Source: Candidatus Latescibacterota bacterium
GTDB lineage: Bacteria > Latescibacterota > UBA2968 > UBA8231
Assembly (NCBI GenBank): GCA_965221775.1
Contig: CBDCSU010000006.1
Location: 96,001-160,000 of the forward strand
Length of the DNA stretch: 64,000 nucleotides
Direction of reading: 5' to 3'
A program made the position numbers and the translations under genes. How positions within the stretch are numbered: the first letter of the stretch is position 1; each line of letters starts with the position of its first letter. A model generated the notes under the pieces. That model did no database searches and had not been told where the DNA came from. It worked only from the letters and a program-made list of their open reading frames with translations. Below, in pieces: positions 37,546-47,073 of the stretch.

Positions 37546-37898
37546 AACACGACGGCCTTGTCGCCCATGTCCTTGATGACAGAAGGCTTGTCATCAACAA
37601 GGGAGCGCAGGACAACATCACGATGGGCACCAGATTCGTGGTGTACACGGTAGGGGAGGAAATACACGATCCTCGGACAGGAGAAAGCCTTGGAATACTG
37701 GAAGAAATCAAGGGCAAAGGAGAGGTTGTTCATGTTCAGGATCGAATGTGTACCATTAAGACCTTCGAGTTCGACATGGTGATAGAACCAGTCCCTGAAT
37801 TTGCGGCGGTCTTTTCCTTGGTCAAGGAAAGGAAGCGAAAGGTCTATAGCGAATTCGTTGATCCCGAACCCGGAGACTATGTGCGAAGAATCCGTTAG
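37527..37898 (+). CDS. Hypothetical protein, FlgT C-terminal-like beta domain
   Basis: VINKGAQDNI..GTRFVVY..GEEIHDP.TGESLG.LE..KG.GEVVHV pattern; AGGAGG RBS. Confidence 0.7.
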   Translation: MSEDAIEHDGLVAHVLDDRRLVINKGAQDNITMGTRFVVYTVGEEIHDPRTGESLGILEEIKGKGEVVHVQDRMCTIKTFEFDMVIEPVPEFAAVFSLVKERKRKVYSEFVDPEPGDYVRRIR

Positions 37899-37924
37899 AT
37901 GAGGATCGCGGAACGTGTCTGGGA

Positions 37925-38180
37925 GGCGGGTGTGATCCACACTTCGTTCGAGCGCGTGGGGCAGCCCTTGGACGAAGCGCTCGGGATGGCGTGTGTAGGC
38001 GTCCTCAATGACGCTCTCCCGCTCGGCCTGCAGGACACCGGCGCGCCCCGGTCCTGGTGTAGGGTCAGCTGCTCCGGCTCGATGGCCTGCTCGTGGCAGA
38101 CGGCCTGGATCAGGCGCCGGGCACGACCGGCGCTTTCCCGGGTGGCCACCGTCCAGGCGACGACGTAGCGCGAAATATCG
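37925..38180 (-). mobile_element. Internally deleted IS3-family transposase remnant
   Basis: SRYVVAWTVATRESA...QLTLHQDRG (integrase core) joined to AYTRHPERFV...VWITP (C-terminus) in different frames. Confidence 0.7.
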
Positions 38181-41100
38181 CCCCAATCCTCCGCGCCATC
38201 TCCGCAAAGTACAGCACCTCCTCCGGCGACAGGGGCCTCCCGAGGACATCGCGTTCCCGGTAGGACAACCACTTCTTGAGGACTTGGTAGCCGCCGAGCT
38301 TGTAGTCCCAGATGGCGGCGGGGACGTTGCGCCAGAAGGCGCGGTCGTTCAGGTAGACGTCCAGCGTCGTGGCGCCGAGGGTGGGGATGGCATCGCCGAG
38401 GGCGGCGCGTTCCTCTGGGGTGTATTCGCGTTCGACGATACGGCCTTGCCCCGGCATCACCGCGTCACCCGTTCCGAAGTGGCCCCACCCCGCTGTCAGG
38501 GCGAAATCGTCGCCGGTCATGTTGCGGCCGCCGGACGTGGCCGGTACGGCGATGGCGCTGATCTCTGGAAGCAACGTGCCTTGGGTAACGCCGGGCACCG
38601 GCGTGTCGGGATCGAGCAGGCGTGCGAGTTCCCGGCCGCGCGCCGCTGATTCAGCGAGGGTCTCTGCTGCGCCGTCAGCATCGCCATCGGGCCAGCCCGG
38701 GAGCGGGATGCGGGGCCATTCCATGCGGAGAGCCCCGGCGTTGGCCTCTCGGTAGGCGGGGTCGTGGAGGGTGGCGAGGACATGGTGGAAGAGATTTTCT
38801 ACGCTCGCGCCGATTCGGTGGAGATAGCGTTGGGCGGCACCGGACAAGTTGGGGCGGCGTTGTATTTCGTTGCCGCTGATTCCGAGGCCCCTGTCACGGA
38901 GGTAGGCAGGGAACATGTTAGCACCGCGCTCAATCAGATGATGTGAACCGATTCGTTTCGTAAAACAAGCTTGTGGTTCTTCTGCGTCCTTCCGCAGATG
39001 CTGCGCGGCTGACAGCCACATATTTCCATCGAACACATGCGGCCGGTAGTCAACGCGCTTCTCGTCAAGCAGTTTTGTTTCCGCTTCCCAATAGAGCCAG
39101 CGATTGTCAAATGGCCGGTAAGCAAGGCGTATAAAACCGGCGTTGACTGGACCTCCACGCGCAAGCAGTGCGTTCCGCCCAGAATCAGCGTCAAACCGCG
39201 CCGTGGATTTCATCGCACTTGGATAGCGCCGCGCTACCTGGTCATGGCTCAGTTCCGTATTGAAGTAATCAGCGACCCGAGTCTTGAGCCGATCTATGTC
39301 AACGTCGACGAGAAAAGCATCACGGTTGGTCAGAACTCCGTGAAATCGAACTGGGAACAGATCGGTCAAGGCCGGCCAGTCGAACCAGCCCTCGCTCACC
39401 GCCGTTTGCATGAACGGCTGGCCCAGCGGCAGCACCGGTGCAATATGCTTGTAGAGCACGTCCGGTTCCGTCTCCTCAGTCTCAATCAGTTCCTCGCGCT
39501 TGGCTTGTCCCCACAAATGTCGAAAGCCGACCTCTCCAGTTGGCACATGGTTGGCCTTGCGCACCAGCGTCGCAATCGCCGTCCCAACTTGAATGCCGAC
39601 CGGGTCGCCTTCCGTCGAAAAAATGCTCGGGTCGGGTGAGCCGTCGGGCGCCACCTTGCCGGTCTTGTATTTGTCGCCGTTCAAGCAGTCGATGCGGATC
39701 GCGTCGAATGCCTCGAGATAGCGCTCCCGCATCCCGGTGAAAGACAGCCCGTCGAGCCAGGAGTAGTTGGAGATGAAGCAGACCACACCCTGGCCCGTCC
39801 TCTCGGCGATGCGCCGTTCCGCCATGCGGAAGAACCGCACGTAGAGATCGTTCAACCCTCGTCCCTCGGGCCGGCGCACCCGCTTCGTCGTGCGGTAGGC
39901 CTCGGACAGCTCCCGCTCCTCCTCCACCGCCACGCCGGCGAAGCCGTTGTAGGGCGGATTGCCGAGGATCACCAGGATCGGGGTGTCCCGCTTCACGCGC
40001 TCGGCGCGGTCCCGTTCCTCCTCCAACTCCGGGAAGGGCAGGGGCTTGTCGGTCTTCGGCTCCCAGCCGGTGAGGGCGTTGGTGAGGAAGACACCGGCGC
40101 GTTCGTCTCCGTCCTCCGCCAGCGGCGCGTCGAGGTCCTGCAGGGTGAGGCCGACTTGCAGGTGGGCGACGACGAAGGGGGCGGGCATGATCTCGAAGCC
40201 GAAGACCCGTTCCAGGGCCGCCTGCTTCACCCGCGCGCCGGCGAGGGCGCCGAGGCCGCGGCCTTCGAGGTTGGCGGCGATGCGGCGCAGGACTTCGGCC
40301 AGATAGGCGCCGGTGCCGCAGCAGGGGTCGAGGACGTAGACGTTGTCGGCGGCCAGCCCGTCGGAGATCCCGAGGTCATCCCGCAACGCCCGGTCGACGC
40401 GGGCGACCATGTAGCGCACGACTTCAGACGGCGTGTACCAGACCCCGAGTTGCTTGCGCAGGCCGGGGTCGAAGGCTTCGAGGAAGGGCTCGTAGAAGTA
40501 GGGCACGGCCTCGCCCTCGTTGAAGCGGGAGAAGAAGGCCGGCCGGTCCACCCGGTCGAGGGCCGCCGCGGTCCAGTCCATCACCTCGACGAGGTCGAGG
40601 TGCCGCAGGCGGGCGGGGCCCGAGAGCTGATGGAAGAGCGCCCGCAGGACCGGGGCGCGCAGGTGCCAGACCGAGGTGCGCCAGTCGAAGCGGTCATCCT
40701 GCCTGGCTTGCCGCGCCCACAGCACCCAGGCAGAGAACAGGCCGTAGAACAGGGTCTGCACGAGGGTCGAGCGGAAGAAGGCCTCGCCGCGCTTGCCCTC
40801 GAAGCGAACCCCCAGGGCCTCCTCAAGGGCGGAGCGCACCGCCTTCAGCGGTTGTGCGTCGCCGGCGGCCTCGACTCGGGCCAGCCCGTCGCGGGCGTAC
40901 GAGGCCAACAGCCAGGCGAGGTCCCTCGGCTCGGACAGCGCGGCGCGGTGCGCCAGCGCCCGGCCCAGGTACTCGGCCAGGCCGGCGCCAATGTCGCGGG
41001 CGAAGGATTGTGGCGTCTCCAGGCGCTGCTCGAACTCCTCGGCGCTCTCCGCCAGCCGGAAGGCCTCGAGCTTGGTGGGAAGGCGCGCCGAGTCCTCCCC

Positions 41101-41496
41101 GACGAGCACGAAGTCGCGGGTGTTGGTCACCAGCACGAGGCCGTAGCGGTCCCAGTAGCGGCTGACCTGTCGGCTGTGCGCGGTCAGCCAAGCGTCGTCG
41201 TCCGCGGACTTCACCTCCACTACGCCGCGCTCGGGCCTCTGCCCCGGCCGGGGCTGCCCCTTCTGTACCTGCCGCGACGAGTAGAGCCCGAAGTCGGGGT
41301 GGCCCGCTCCCTGGTCGGCCAGCTCGCCGACGCAGAACACCTTGGGCTTGAGGGCGCCGCCGACGGCGTTGAGCAGGTTGGCCAGCGGCCCGTAGCTGGA
41401 GCGCTCCCCGGTGGCGCTGCCGGAGGCACGGATCCGGTGCAGGTCGGTCAGGTAATGCTCGACCGCCGCCGTCAGGCGGGCCGTCTTGGTGGCCAT
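38110..41496 (-). CDS. Single-chain restriction-modification enzyme (Type IIG/ISP-like, N6-adenine MTase plus TRD)
   Basis: N-terminal PD..EVK nuclease (HPDF, VEVKS, LVTN), GVWYTP, LDPCCGTG, GNPPY, YRPFD, GGYQVLKKWLSYR; last ~20 aa derive from the IS remnant. Confidence 0.88.
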   Translation of the reverse strand: MATKTARLTAAVEHYLTDLHRIRASGSATGERSSYGPLANLLNAVGGALKPKVFCVGELADQGAGHPDFGLYSSRQVQKGQPRPGQRPERGVVEVKSADDDAWLTAHSRQVSRYWDRYGLVLVTNTRDFVLVGEDSARLPTKLEAFRLAESAEEFEQRLETPQSFARDIGAGLAEYLGRALAHRAALSEPRDLAWLLASYARDGLARVEAAGDAQPLKAVRSALEEALGVRFEGKRGEAFFRSTLVQTLFYGLFSAWVLWARQARQDDRFDWRTSVWHLRAPVLRALFHQLSGPARLRHLDLVEVMDWTAAALDRVDRPAFFSRFNEGEAVPYFYEPFLEAFDPGLRKQLGVWYTPSEVVRYMVARVDRALRDDLGISDGLAADNVYVLDPCCGTGAYLAEVLRRIAANLEGRGLGALAGARVKQAALERVFGFEIMPAPFVVAHLQVGLTLQDLDAPLAEDGDERAGVFLTNALTGWEPKTDKPLPFPELEEERDRAERVKRDTPILVILGNPPYNGFAGVAVEEERELSEAYRTTKRVRRPEGRGLNDLYVRFFRMAERRIAERTGQGVVCFISNYSWLDGLSFTGMRERYLEAFDAIRIDCLNGDKYKTGKVAPDGSPDPSIFSTEGDPVGIQVGTAIATLVRKANHVPTGEVGFRHLWGQAKREELIETEETEPDVLYKHIAPVLPLGQPFMQTAVSEGWFDWPALTDLFPVRFHGVLTNRDAFLVDVDIDRLKTRVADYFNTELSHDQVARRYPSAMKSTARFDADSGRNALLARGGPVNAGFIRLAYRPFDNRWLYWEAETKLLDEKRVDYRPHVFDGNMWLSAAQHLRKDAEEPQACFTKRIGSHHLIERGANMFPAYLRDRGLGISGNEIQRRPNLSGAAQRYLHRIGASVENLFHHVLATLHDPAYREANAGALRMEWPRIPLPGWPDGDADGAAETLAESAARGRELARLLDPDTPVPGVTQGTLLPEISAIAVPATSGGRNMTGDDFALTAGWGHFGTGDAVMPGQGRIVEREYTPEERAALGDAIPTLGATTLDVYLNDRAFWRNVPAAIWDYKLGGYQVLKKWLSYRERDVLGRPLSPEEVLYFAEMARRIGAIFRATSSPGRWPPGKAPVVPGA

Positions 41497-41787
41497 GATG
41501 GGGGTCTCTCAGAGTAGCCGCGGCCTGCTGCTCTTGCCAGCGGCAGCGGCACTGGCAGCGTCAACTCGCCTGATGGACTTCGGACTCAAGAACTGTACGG
41601 CGGGAAGGATAGAGGACGTTCACAAGATAATGGACGGCGTCCATAGTCGCGATGGCCATGTGGCGGCATCTTCCGCAGCCGTGCGCGAGCTCCAGATCCA
41701 GGGACGGCAGGATGGCCTGTGAGGGTTATATTCCTGAGCAGACGAAACAACCTGCCTGCCGAGAGTCCTCGGATCGCCGAACAGGAA

Positions 41788-42207
41788 ATGAACCCTCGCC
41801 AAGACCTGCACCAGTGCATCGCGAAGGTCCTCGAGCCTCGCTCTGAGGTCCTGGAGGCCTACCTGTTCGGCTCCCACGCCCAAGGCGTTGCGCAGCCCCA
41901 CAGCGACATCGACATCGCCGTGTACATTGACGAAAGCCGGGTCGAAGAGAGCGCCTTCGGATACCGGGCACATCTCACGACCGTGTTGATCGGCGGCCTT
42001 CACGACAACGACATCGATCTGCTGGTCCTCAACCACGCCCCCCCGGTTCTCTACTACCATGTGCTCCGCGACGGCATACGTGTCCTGTCCCGTGATCTCA
42101 TGGAGACGACGACCCGGGAGGGCTATGCGGTTTCCCGGTACTGCGACTTCGTTCCCCATCTGGCAAAGATGGACCTGCTGAGTTCACCCTCCGGCGGCGA
42201 ACAGTGA
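41788..42207 (+). CDS. mntA: Type VII TA antitoxin, MntA-type nucleotidyltransferase
   Basis: YLFGS.A.G.....SDIDIAV, IDLLVLN.APP; TATATT at 41727-41732 upstream. Confidence 0.88.
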   Translation: MNPRQDLHQCIAKVLEPRSEVLEAYLFGSHAQGVAQPHSDIDIAVYIDESRVEESAFGYRAHLTTVLIGGLHDNDIDLLVLNHAPPVLYYHVLRDGIRVLSRDLMETTTREGYAVSRYCDFVPHLAKMDLLSSPSGGEQ

Positions 42208-42671
42208 CACCCGGACGGCCGAATCACTCTGCCGTGCGGCGCCACCTCACGGCATTGAGGTTCGCCGTCGGCAACTTGCGCCGGCACGCGGGTACAACGG
42301 CCACCCAGCTCCGGGATGACGCAGATCTTCGCTGGCTGATCGAGCGGGGACTTCAACTCTGTGCCCAGAACTCCCTCGACATAGCGACCCATCTGGTACA
42401 GTCGGATGGCCGCGATGCCGCAGACTACACGACGGCCATTGACCGCCTCGCGGAGATGGGCGTGTTGCCCGGTGAGTTTGCAGCGCGCTTCAGGGATGTA
42501 GCCGGGTTCCGCAACGTCCTGGTCCACGGATACCTCGATGTCGATCTCGACCTCGTTGGGCAAGTCCTCAGCCGGCACCTGAACGATTTCGAGATCTTCT
42601 CTCAGCACGTGGAAGGATGGCTTGCCCAGGCGGGGAGTGATCCCGAACCGAGCCCGCCCGCCCCCCCCTGA
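42204..42671 (+). CDS. hepT: HEPN (DUF86) RNase toxin HepT
   Basis: ERGLQL..Q..LDIA, FRNVLVHGY (Rx4HxY). Confidence 0.88.
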   Translation: MTPGRPNHSAVRRHLTALRFAVGNLRRHAGTTATQLRDDADLRWLIERGLQLCAQNSLDIATHLVQSDGRDAADYTTAIDRLAEMGVLPGEFAARFRDVAGFRNVLVHGYLDVDLDLVGQVLSRHLNDFEIFSQHVEGWLAQAGSDPEPSPPAPP

Positions 42672-42674
42672 CCC

Positions 42675-43478
42675 GTGCCGCTCCTCGGCAACATCGCCCT
42701 CGGCAAGTACGTCGCCGGCGACTCCCTCCTGCACCGGCTCGACCCGCGGACCAAGCTGGTCACGGTGACCGTCATGATGACCGTCGCCCTCGGCTCCCGC
42801 GGCCTGGCGCCGGTGGGCGCCTTCGGCCTCTTCGTCCTCCTCGCCGCGGGACTGTCGCGGCTGCCGCCGGCGCTGCTGGCGCGCAACCTGCGGTCCTTCC
42901 TGTGGCTGCTGGTGATCACCGCCCTGCTCCACGCCTTCAACACGCCGGGGCATCCGGTCTGGCGCGTGCCCTGGCTCGACCTTCTGGCGACGCGCGAGGG
43001 ACTGCAGTCGGCGGCCCTCTTCACCCTGCGGCTGGCGACCCTGGTCACCGCCGCGGCGCTGCTGACGCTGACCACCTCGCCCCTGGAGCTGACCGACGGC
43101 CTGGAGCGGCTGCTGCGGCCCCTGCGCCGGCTGCGGGTCCCGTCCCACGAGCTGGCCATGATGATCTCCATCGCCCTGCGCTTCATCCCGGTCCTGGCCG
43201 AGGAGGCCGAGCGCCTGCAGAAAGCGCAGATGGCCCGCGGCGCCGAGTTCAGCGGCGGCCCGGTGCGCCGCGCCCGCAAGCTCGTGCCGCTGCTGCTGCC
43301 GCTGTTCGTCTCCGCCTTCGCCCGCGCCGACCGCCTGGCGGTGGCCATGGAGGCCCGCGGCTACCGCGGCGAGGGCCGCACCAGCTACCGGCAACTGCGC
43401 CTGGGCCGGCTCGACGCCGCGGCGGCGCTGCTGTCGGCGGCAGTGGCCGCCGGCATCCTGTGGGTGGGCCGGCCGTGA
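42675..43478 (+). CDS. ecfT: ECF transporter transmembrane component T
   Basis: S.LHRLDPRTK, LTLTTSP, IALRFIP, AQMARG, AMEARGY. Confidence 0.93.
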   Translation: MPLLGNIALGKYVAGDSLLHRLDPRTKLVTVTVMMTVALGSRGLAPVGAFGLFVLLAAGLSRLPPALLARNLRSFLWLLVITALLHAFNTPGHPVWRVPWLDLLATREGLQSAALFTLRLATLVTAAALLTLTTSPLELTDGLERLLRPLRRLRVPSHELAMMISIALRFIPVLAEEAERLQKAQMARGAEFSGGPVRRARKLVPLLLPLFVSAFARADRLAVAMEARGYRGEGRTSYRQLRLGRLDAAAALLSAAVAAGILWVGRP

Positions 43479-44281
43479 GCCGCGCCCCCGCGAGTCCCCG
43501 GACCCTGCGCCTGGACCTGGAGTACGACGGCTCCGGCTTCGTGGGCTGGCAGGACCAGGCCGAGGGGCGCACCGTGCAGGGGACGCTGGTATCGGCGATG
43601 CGCGCCCTGCTGCAGGAGGAGGCCGCCCCGGTGGGCTCGGGACGCACCGACGCCGGCACCCACGCCCTCGGCCAGGTGGCTCATGCCCGCGTGCGGTCGT
43701 CCATGGAGGCGGACCGCATCCTCCGGGGGCTGAACGCCCTGCTGCCGGAGGACGTGGCCGTCCTCCGGGTCCTGGAGGTGCCCGCCGATTTCCACGCCCG
43801 CTACGGCGCCCTGGGCAAGCGCTACCGCTACCGCATCGACACGGCGCGCCACGCTCTCGGCCGGCACGCCGTGTGGACCCTGCCGCGGCAACTGGACCTG
43901 GAGCCCATGGCCGAGGCCGCGGCGGGTCTGAGAGGCGCCCTCGACTTCCGCGCCTTCTGCAAGGCCGACCCGCCGCCGGAGAGCTACAGCTGCCGGATCG
44001 ACGCCGCCGAGTGGCGCCGCCGCGGGCATCGGTGGAGCTTCGAGATCGAGGCGGACCGCTTCCTGCGGCACATGGTGCGGTCCCTCGTGGGGACCCTGGT
44101 GGAGGTGGGCCGGGGGCAGCGGAGCCCGCGGCGGTTCCTGGAGCTGCTCGAAGGCGCCGACCGCTCCGTCGCCGGCGCCACCGCCCCGGCGCGGGGCCTG
44201 TGCCTGCTGCGGGTGCGCTACCCCGAAGAGGTGGGCGGCGCCTCCGGGCCCGAACCCCTTGAGACGCCCGGCGCTCTTTAG
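43475..44281 (+). CDS. truA: tRNA pseudouridine(38-40) synthase
   Basis: YDGSGFVGWQ.Q, SGRTDAGTHALGQV, FHAR, FLRHMVR, APARGL. Confidence 0.95.
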   Translation: MSRAPASPRTLRLDLEYDGSGFVGWQDQAEGRTVQGTLVSAMRALLQEEAAPVGSGRTDAGTHALGQVAHARVRSSMEADRILRGLNALLPEDVAVLRVLEVPADFHARYGALGKRYRYRIDTARHALGRHAVWTLPRQLDLEPMAEAAAGLRGALDFRAFCKADPPPESYSCRIDAAEWRRRGHRWSFEIEADRFLRHMVRSLVGTLVEVGRGQRSPRRFLELLEGADRSVAGATAPARGLCLLRVRYPEEVGGASGPEPLETPGAL

Positions 44282-44299
44282 CAGGTTAGTCGAAGCCCC

Positions 44300-45409
44300 A
44301 TGAGAGCCTGGTCCCCGCTCATTCCGCTCCTGGTATCCCTGGTATCCGCCGGCGCCGCCGCCGAGGACCCGGTCACCGCCTCGCGCCGCAACGCCGTGGT
44401 CCGGGCCGTCGAACGGGTGCAGCCCTCCGTGGTCAGCGTCCGCGTCGTCCACCGGGAGCAGGTCCTGCGCAGGTACCGGGACCGCTTCGACTTGTTCATG
44501 GGTCTTCCCTTCGCCCCGCGCTACTACCAGAGCCATCGGGACCGGGTGCTGGAGGGATCCGGCTTCATCGTCGACGGCGAGGGCTTCGTCCTGACCAACG
44601 ACCACCTGCTGGGGCGCCGGGGCATCCGCAAGGTGGAGGTCTCGCTGCCCGACGGCCGGGTGTTCCAGGTCCGTTCGGGCAGCCGCGACGTGGCCCTGGA
44701 CCTGGCCGTCCTGAAGATCGAAGGCGCCGATCTGCCGGTTGCGCCTCTGGCCCGATCCGACCATCTTCTGGTCGGGGAATGGGCCATCGCCATCGGCAAC
44801 CCCTTCGACCTCGGTCCCACCGTGAGCATCGGCGTCATCAGCGCCGTCGACCGGGACTTCGAGGAGCCCCAGGGCGACTACTACTACCGCGACATGATCC
44901 AGACCGACGCAGCCATCAACCCGGGCAACAGCGGCGGCCCCCTGGTCAACGCCCTGGGCGAGGTCGTCGGCGTCAACAGCTTCATCTACACCGGCGGCGA
45001 GTACAGCCTCGGCTCCATCGGCATCGGTTTCGCCATCCCCATCGGCGACGCCCGCAGGTTCCTCGAAGAGATGCGCGTCCATGGCCAGGTTCGCCTGCCC
45101 TGGCACGGCATCGTCGACCTCCAGGACCTGACCCCGCGCTGGGCGAGCTACCTGGAACTGGACATCCGCGAGGGCGCCGTGGTCATGCGGGTCACTGCGG
45201 ACAGTCCCGCGTACGAGGCCGATCTGGCCCGCGGCGACGTGATCACCGGCATCAACGGCGAGGCCGTCCGTTCCACCAAAGAGGCCTGGAGCGTGCTCGG
45301 GGGACTGAGGGTCGACCAGACCTGCGCCCTCGACATCCTCCGCAGGAAGGAGCCCCGGACGATCGAGTTCACCATCCAGGAGCGTCCGAAGGGGACGAGA
45401 TGGAACTGA
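44300..45409 (+). CDS. HtrA/DegP-family serine protease with PDZ domain
   Basis: GSGFIV, LTNDH, DLAVLKI, IQTDAAINPGNSGGPL, C-terminal PDZ. Confidence 0.93.
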   Translation: MRAWSPLIPLLVSLVSAGAAAEDPVTASRRNAVVRAVERVQPSVVSVRVVHREQVLRRYRDRFDLFMGLPFAPRYYQSHRDRVLEGSGFIVDGEGFVLTNDHLLGRRGIRKVEVSLPDGRVFQVRSGSRDVALDLAVLKIEGADLPVAPLARSDHLLVGEWAIAIGNPFDLGPTVSIGVISAVDRDFEEPQGDYYYRDMIQTDAAINPGNSGGPLVNALGEVVGVNSFIYTGGEYSLGSIGIGFAIPIGDARRFLEEMRVHGQVRLPWHGIVDLQDLTPRWASYLELDIREGAVVMRVTADSPAYEADLARGDVITGINGEAVRSTKEAWSVLGGLRVDQTCALDILRRKEPRTIEFTIQERPKGTRWN

Positions 45410-46045
45410 ATGGCCCGTGAGGGAGTCCCCTTCGTGGCCGCCGGCCTGTTGCTGTGCGCCGCCTGCTGGTACGCCCGCCAATGGAACCCCGCCCTCGGCT
45501 TCGGCGCGGCGGCCTTCGCCGCCGCCACGGCCTTCATGGCCTTCTTCTTCCGGGATCCCCGGCGGCAGGCGCCGGCGTTGCCGGGCGCCGTCGTCTCCGC
45601 CGCCGACGGCCGCGTCGTCTCCGTGGAGCGCCTCTCCCATGACGACTACCTCGGCGGCCCGGGCACGCGCATCAGCGTCTTCCTGTCGGTCTTCAACGTG
45701 CATGTGAACCGCGTCCCCCACGAGGGCGAGGTCGACTTCGTCGACCGGCGCTCCGGGCGCTACCGCGTGGCCTACGCGGAGCAGGCCTCGGAGGACAACG
45801 AGCAGAGCGTGATCGGCATCCGCTGCGGGGACCACCGGCTGGTGGTCAAGCAGATCGTCGGCATCCTGGCCCGCCGCATCGCCTGCTACCTGGCCCCCGG
45901 CCAGCAGGTGCGCCGGGGCGAGCGCTTCGGGCTGATCCGCTTCGGCTCGAGGGTCGACCTCATCCTTCCGGAGTCCGCCCGGATCGAGGTCTCGGTGGGC
46001 GACCGGGTACGGGGCGGCGAAACCGTCATGGGAGTCCTGGCGTGA
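45410..46045 (+). CDS. psd: Phosphatidylserine decarboxylase proenzyme
   Basis: FFRDP, ADG.V, IFLSVFNVHVNR, IRFGSRVD. Confidence 0.93.
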   Translation: MAREGVPFVAAGLLLCAACWYARQWNPALGFGAAAFAAATAFMAFFFRDPRRQAPALPGAVVSAADGRVVSVERLSHDDYLGGPGTRISVFLSVFNVHVNRVPHEGEVDFVDRRSGRYRVAYAEQASEDNEQSVIGIRCGDHRLVVKQIVGILARRIACYLAPGQQVRRGERFGLIRFGSRVDLILPESARIEVSVGDRVRGGETVMGVLA

Positions 46046-46755
46046 TCAACCGAGGCCTCATTCCCAACCTGTTCACCGTGGGCAACCTGCTCTGCGGCTT
46101 CCTGGCGCTGCGCTACATCGTCGAGGGGAACTACGTGCCCGCCGCCTGGCTGATCGTCCTGGCCAGCGCCCTCGACAACATGGACGGACGCCTGGCCCGC
46201 TACATGGGCCGCGACTCGCGGTTCGGCATCGAGTTCGACTCCCTCGCCGATGTCTGCACCTTCGGCGTCGTCCCCGCCTTCATGCTCTACCACGGACTCC
46301 TGCCCACCGGGTGGGGGGCGGTCCTGGCCTCGGTCTTCCTCGTCTGCGGCGCCCTGCGCCTGGCGCGTTTCAACGTCATGAGCCAGGACGGGGGCAAGGG
46401 AGAGTACTTCACGGGCATGCCGATCCCCGCCGCCGCCATCGTCCTGAGCCAGTACATCGTCTTCACCGGGCATTCCTGGGCCACGGCCCACGCCGCCCAC
46501 CTCGGCGTGCTGCTGACCTTTGCCCTGTCGATGCTGATGGTCAGCCGCGTCGAGTACGACTCCATGCCCAGCTTCCGGTCCGGCGGGCTCAGGGACCGCT
46601 GCAAGCAGGTCTTCCTCGTCGTCGCCGTGGCCCTCATCGTTCATCCGGCCACGTCGAAGGAGTTCTTCTTCCCCATCGCCCTGATCTACCTGCTCTCCGG
46701 GCTCTACCGCTGGGTCGCCGGCCTGTTCAGCGACGAGGTGACGCAGCACGCCTGA
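46042..46755 (+). CDS. pssA: CDP-diacylglycerol--serine O-phosphatidyltransferase
   Basis: PNLFT.GNL.CG, DGRLAR...S.FG..FDSLAD..TFGV.PA, RLARFN. Confidence 0.92.
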   Translation: MINRGLIPNLFTVGNLLCGFLALRYIVEGNYVPAAWLIVLASALDNMDGRLARYMGRDSRFGIEFDSLADVCTFGVVPAFMLYHGLLPTGWGAVLASVFLVCGALRLARFNVMSQDGGKGEYFTGMPIPAAAIVLSQYIVFTGHSWATAHAAHLGVLLTFALSMLMVSRVEYDSMPSFRSGGLRDRCKQVFLVVAVALIVHPATSKEFFFPIALIYLLSGLYRWVAGLFSDEVTQHA

Positions 46756-46772
46756 GGGGATGAAGGCGGCCC

Positions 46773-47054
46773 ATGTTCAGGGACAAGCCGGTCGGTTACC
46801 TGGTCCTCATCCTGCTGGTGAGCGCCGTCAGCGGCAGCGTCATCGGCGAGTCGCTGCGCATCGTCCTGCGCTTCGTCGCCGGTGAGAGCAGCATCGTGGA
46901 GCGGGCCCTGCTGGACTTCTTCCGCTACGAGATCGGGCCCCACCGCCTGGACCTAATCATCCTCTCCTTCCAGTTCGAGCTGGGCCTGAGCTTCAACGTC
47001 ATCACCCTGCTCGGCATCTTCGCGGGCTGGTACTACTTCAAGTACTCGTACTGA
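46773..47054 (+). CDS. DUF4321-like membrane protein
   Basis: GSVIGE, LDLIIL.F...L..NVITLLGI pattern. Confidence 0.7.
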   Translation: MFRDKPVGYLVLILLVSAVSGSVIGESLRIVLRFVAGESSIVERALLDFFRYEIGPHRLDLIILSFQFELGLSFNVITLLGIFAGWYYFKYSY

Positions 47055-47073
47055 ACCTTCCGGAGGACCGACC

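Noticed and set aside
41500-41720. Short ORFs and a tgccag/ctggca hairpin between the R-M gene and mntA
   Set aside because: No recognisable protein or RNA motif; probably divergent promoter region or decayed DNA
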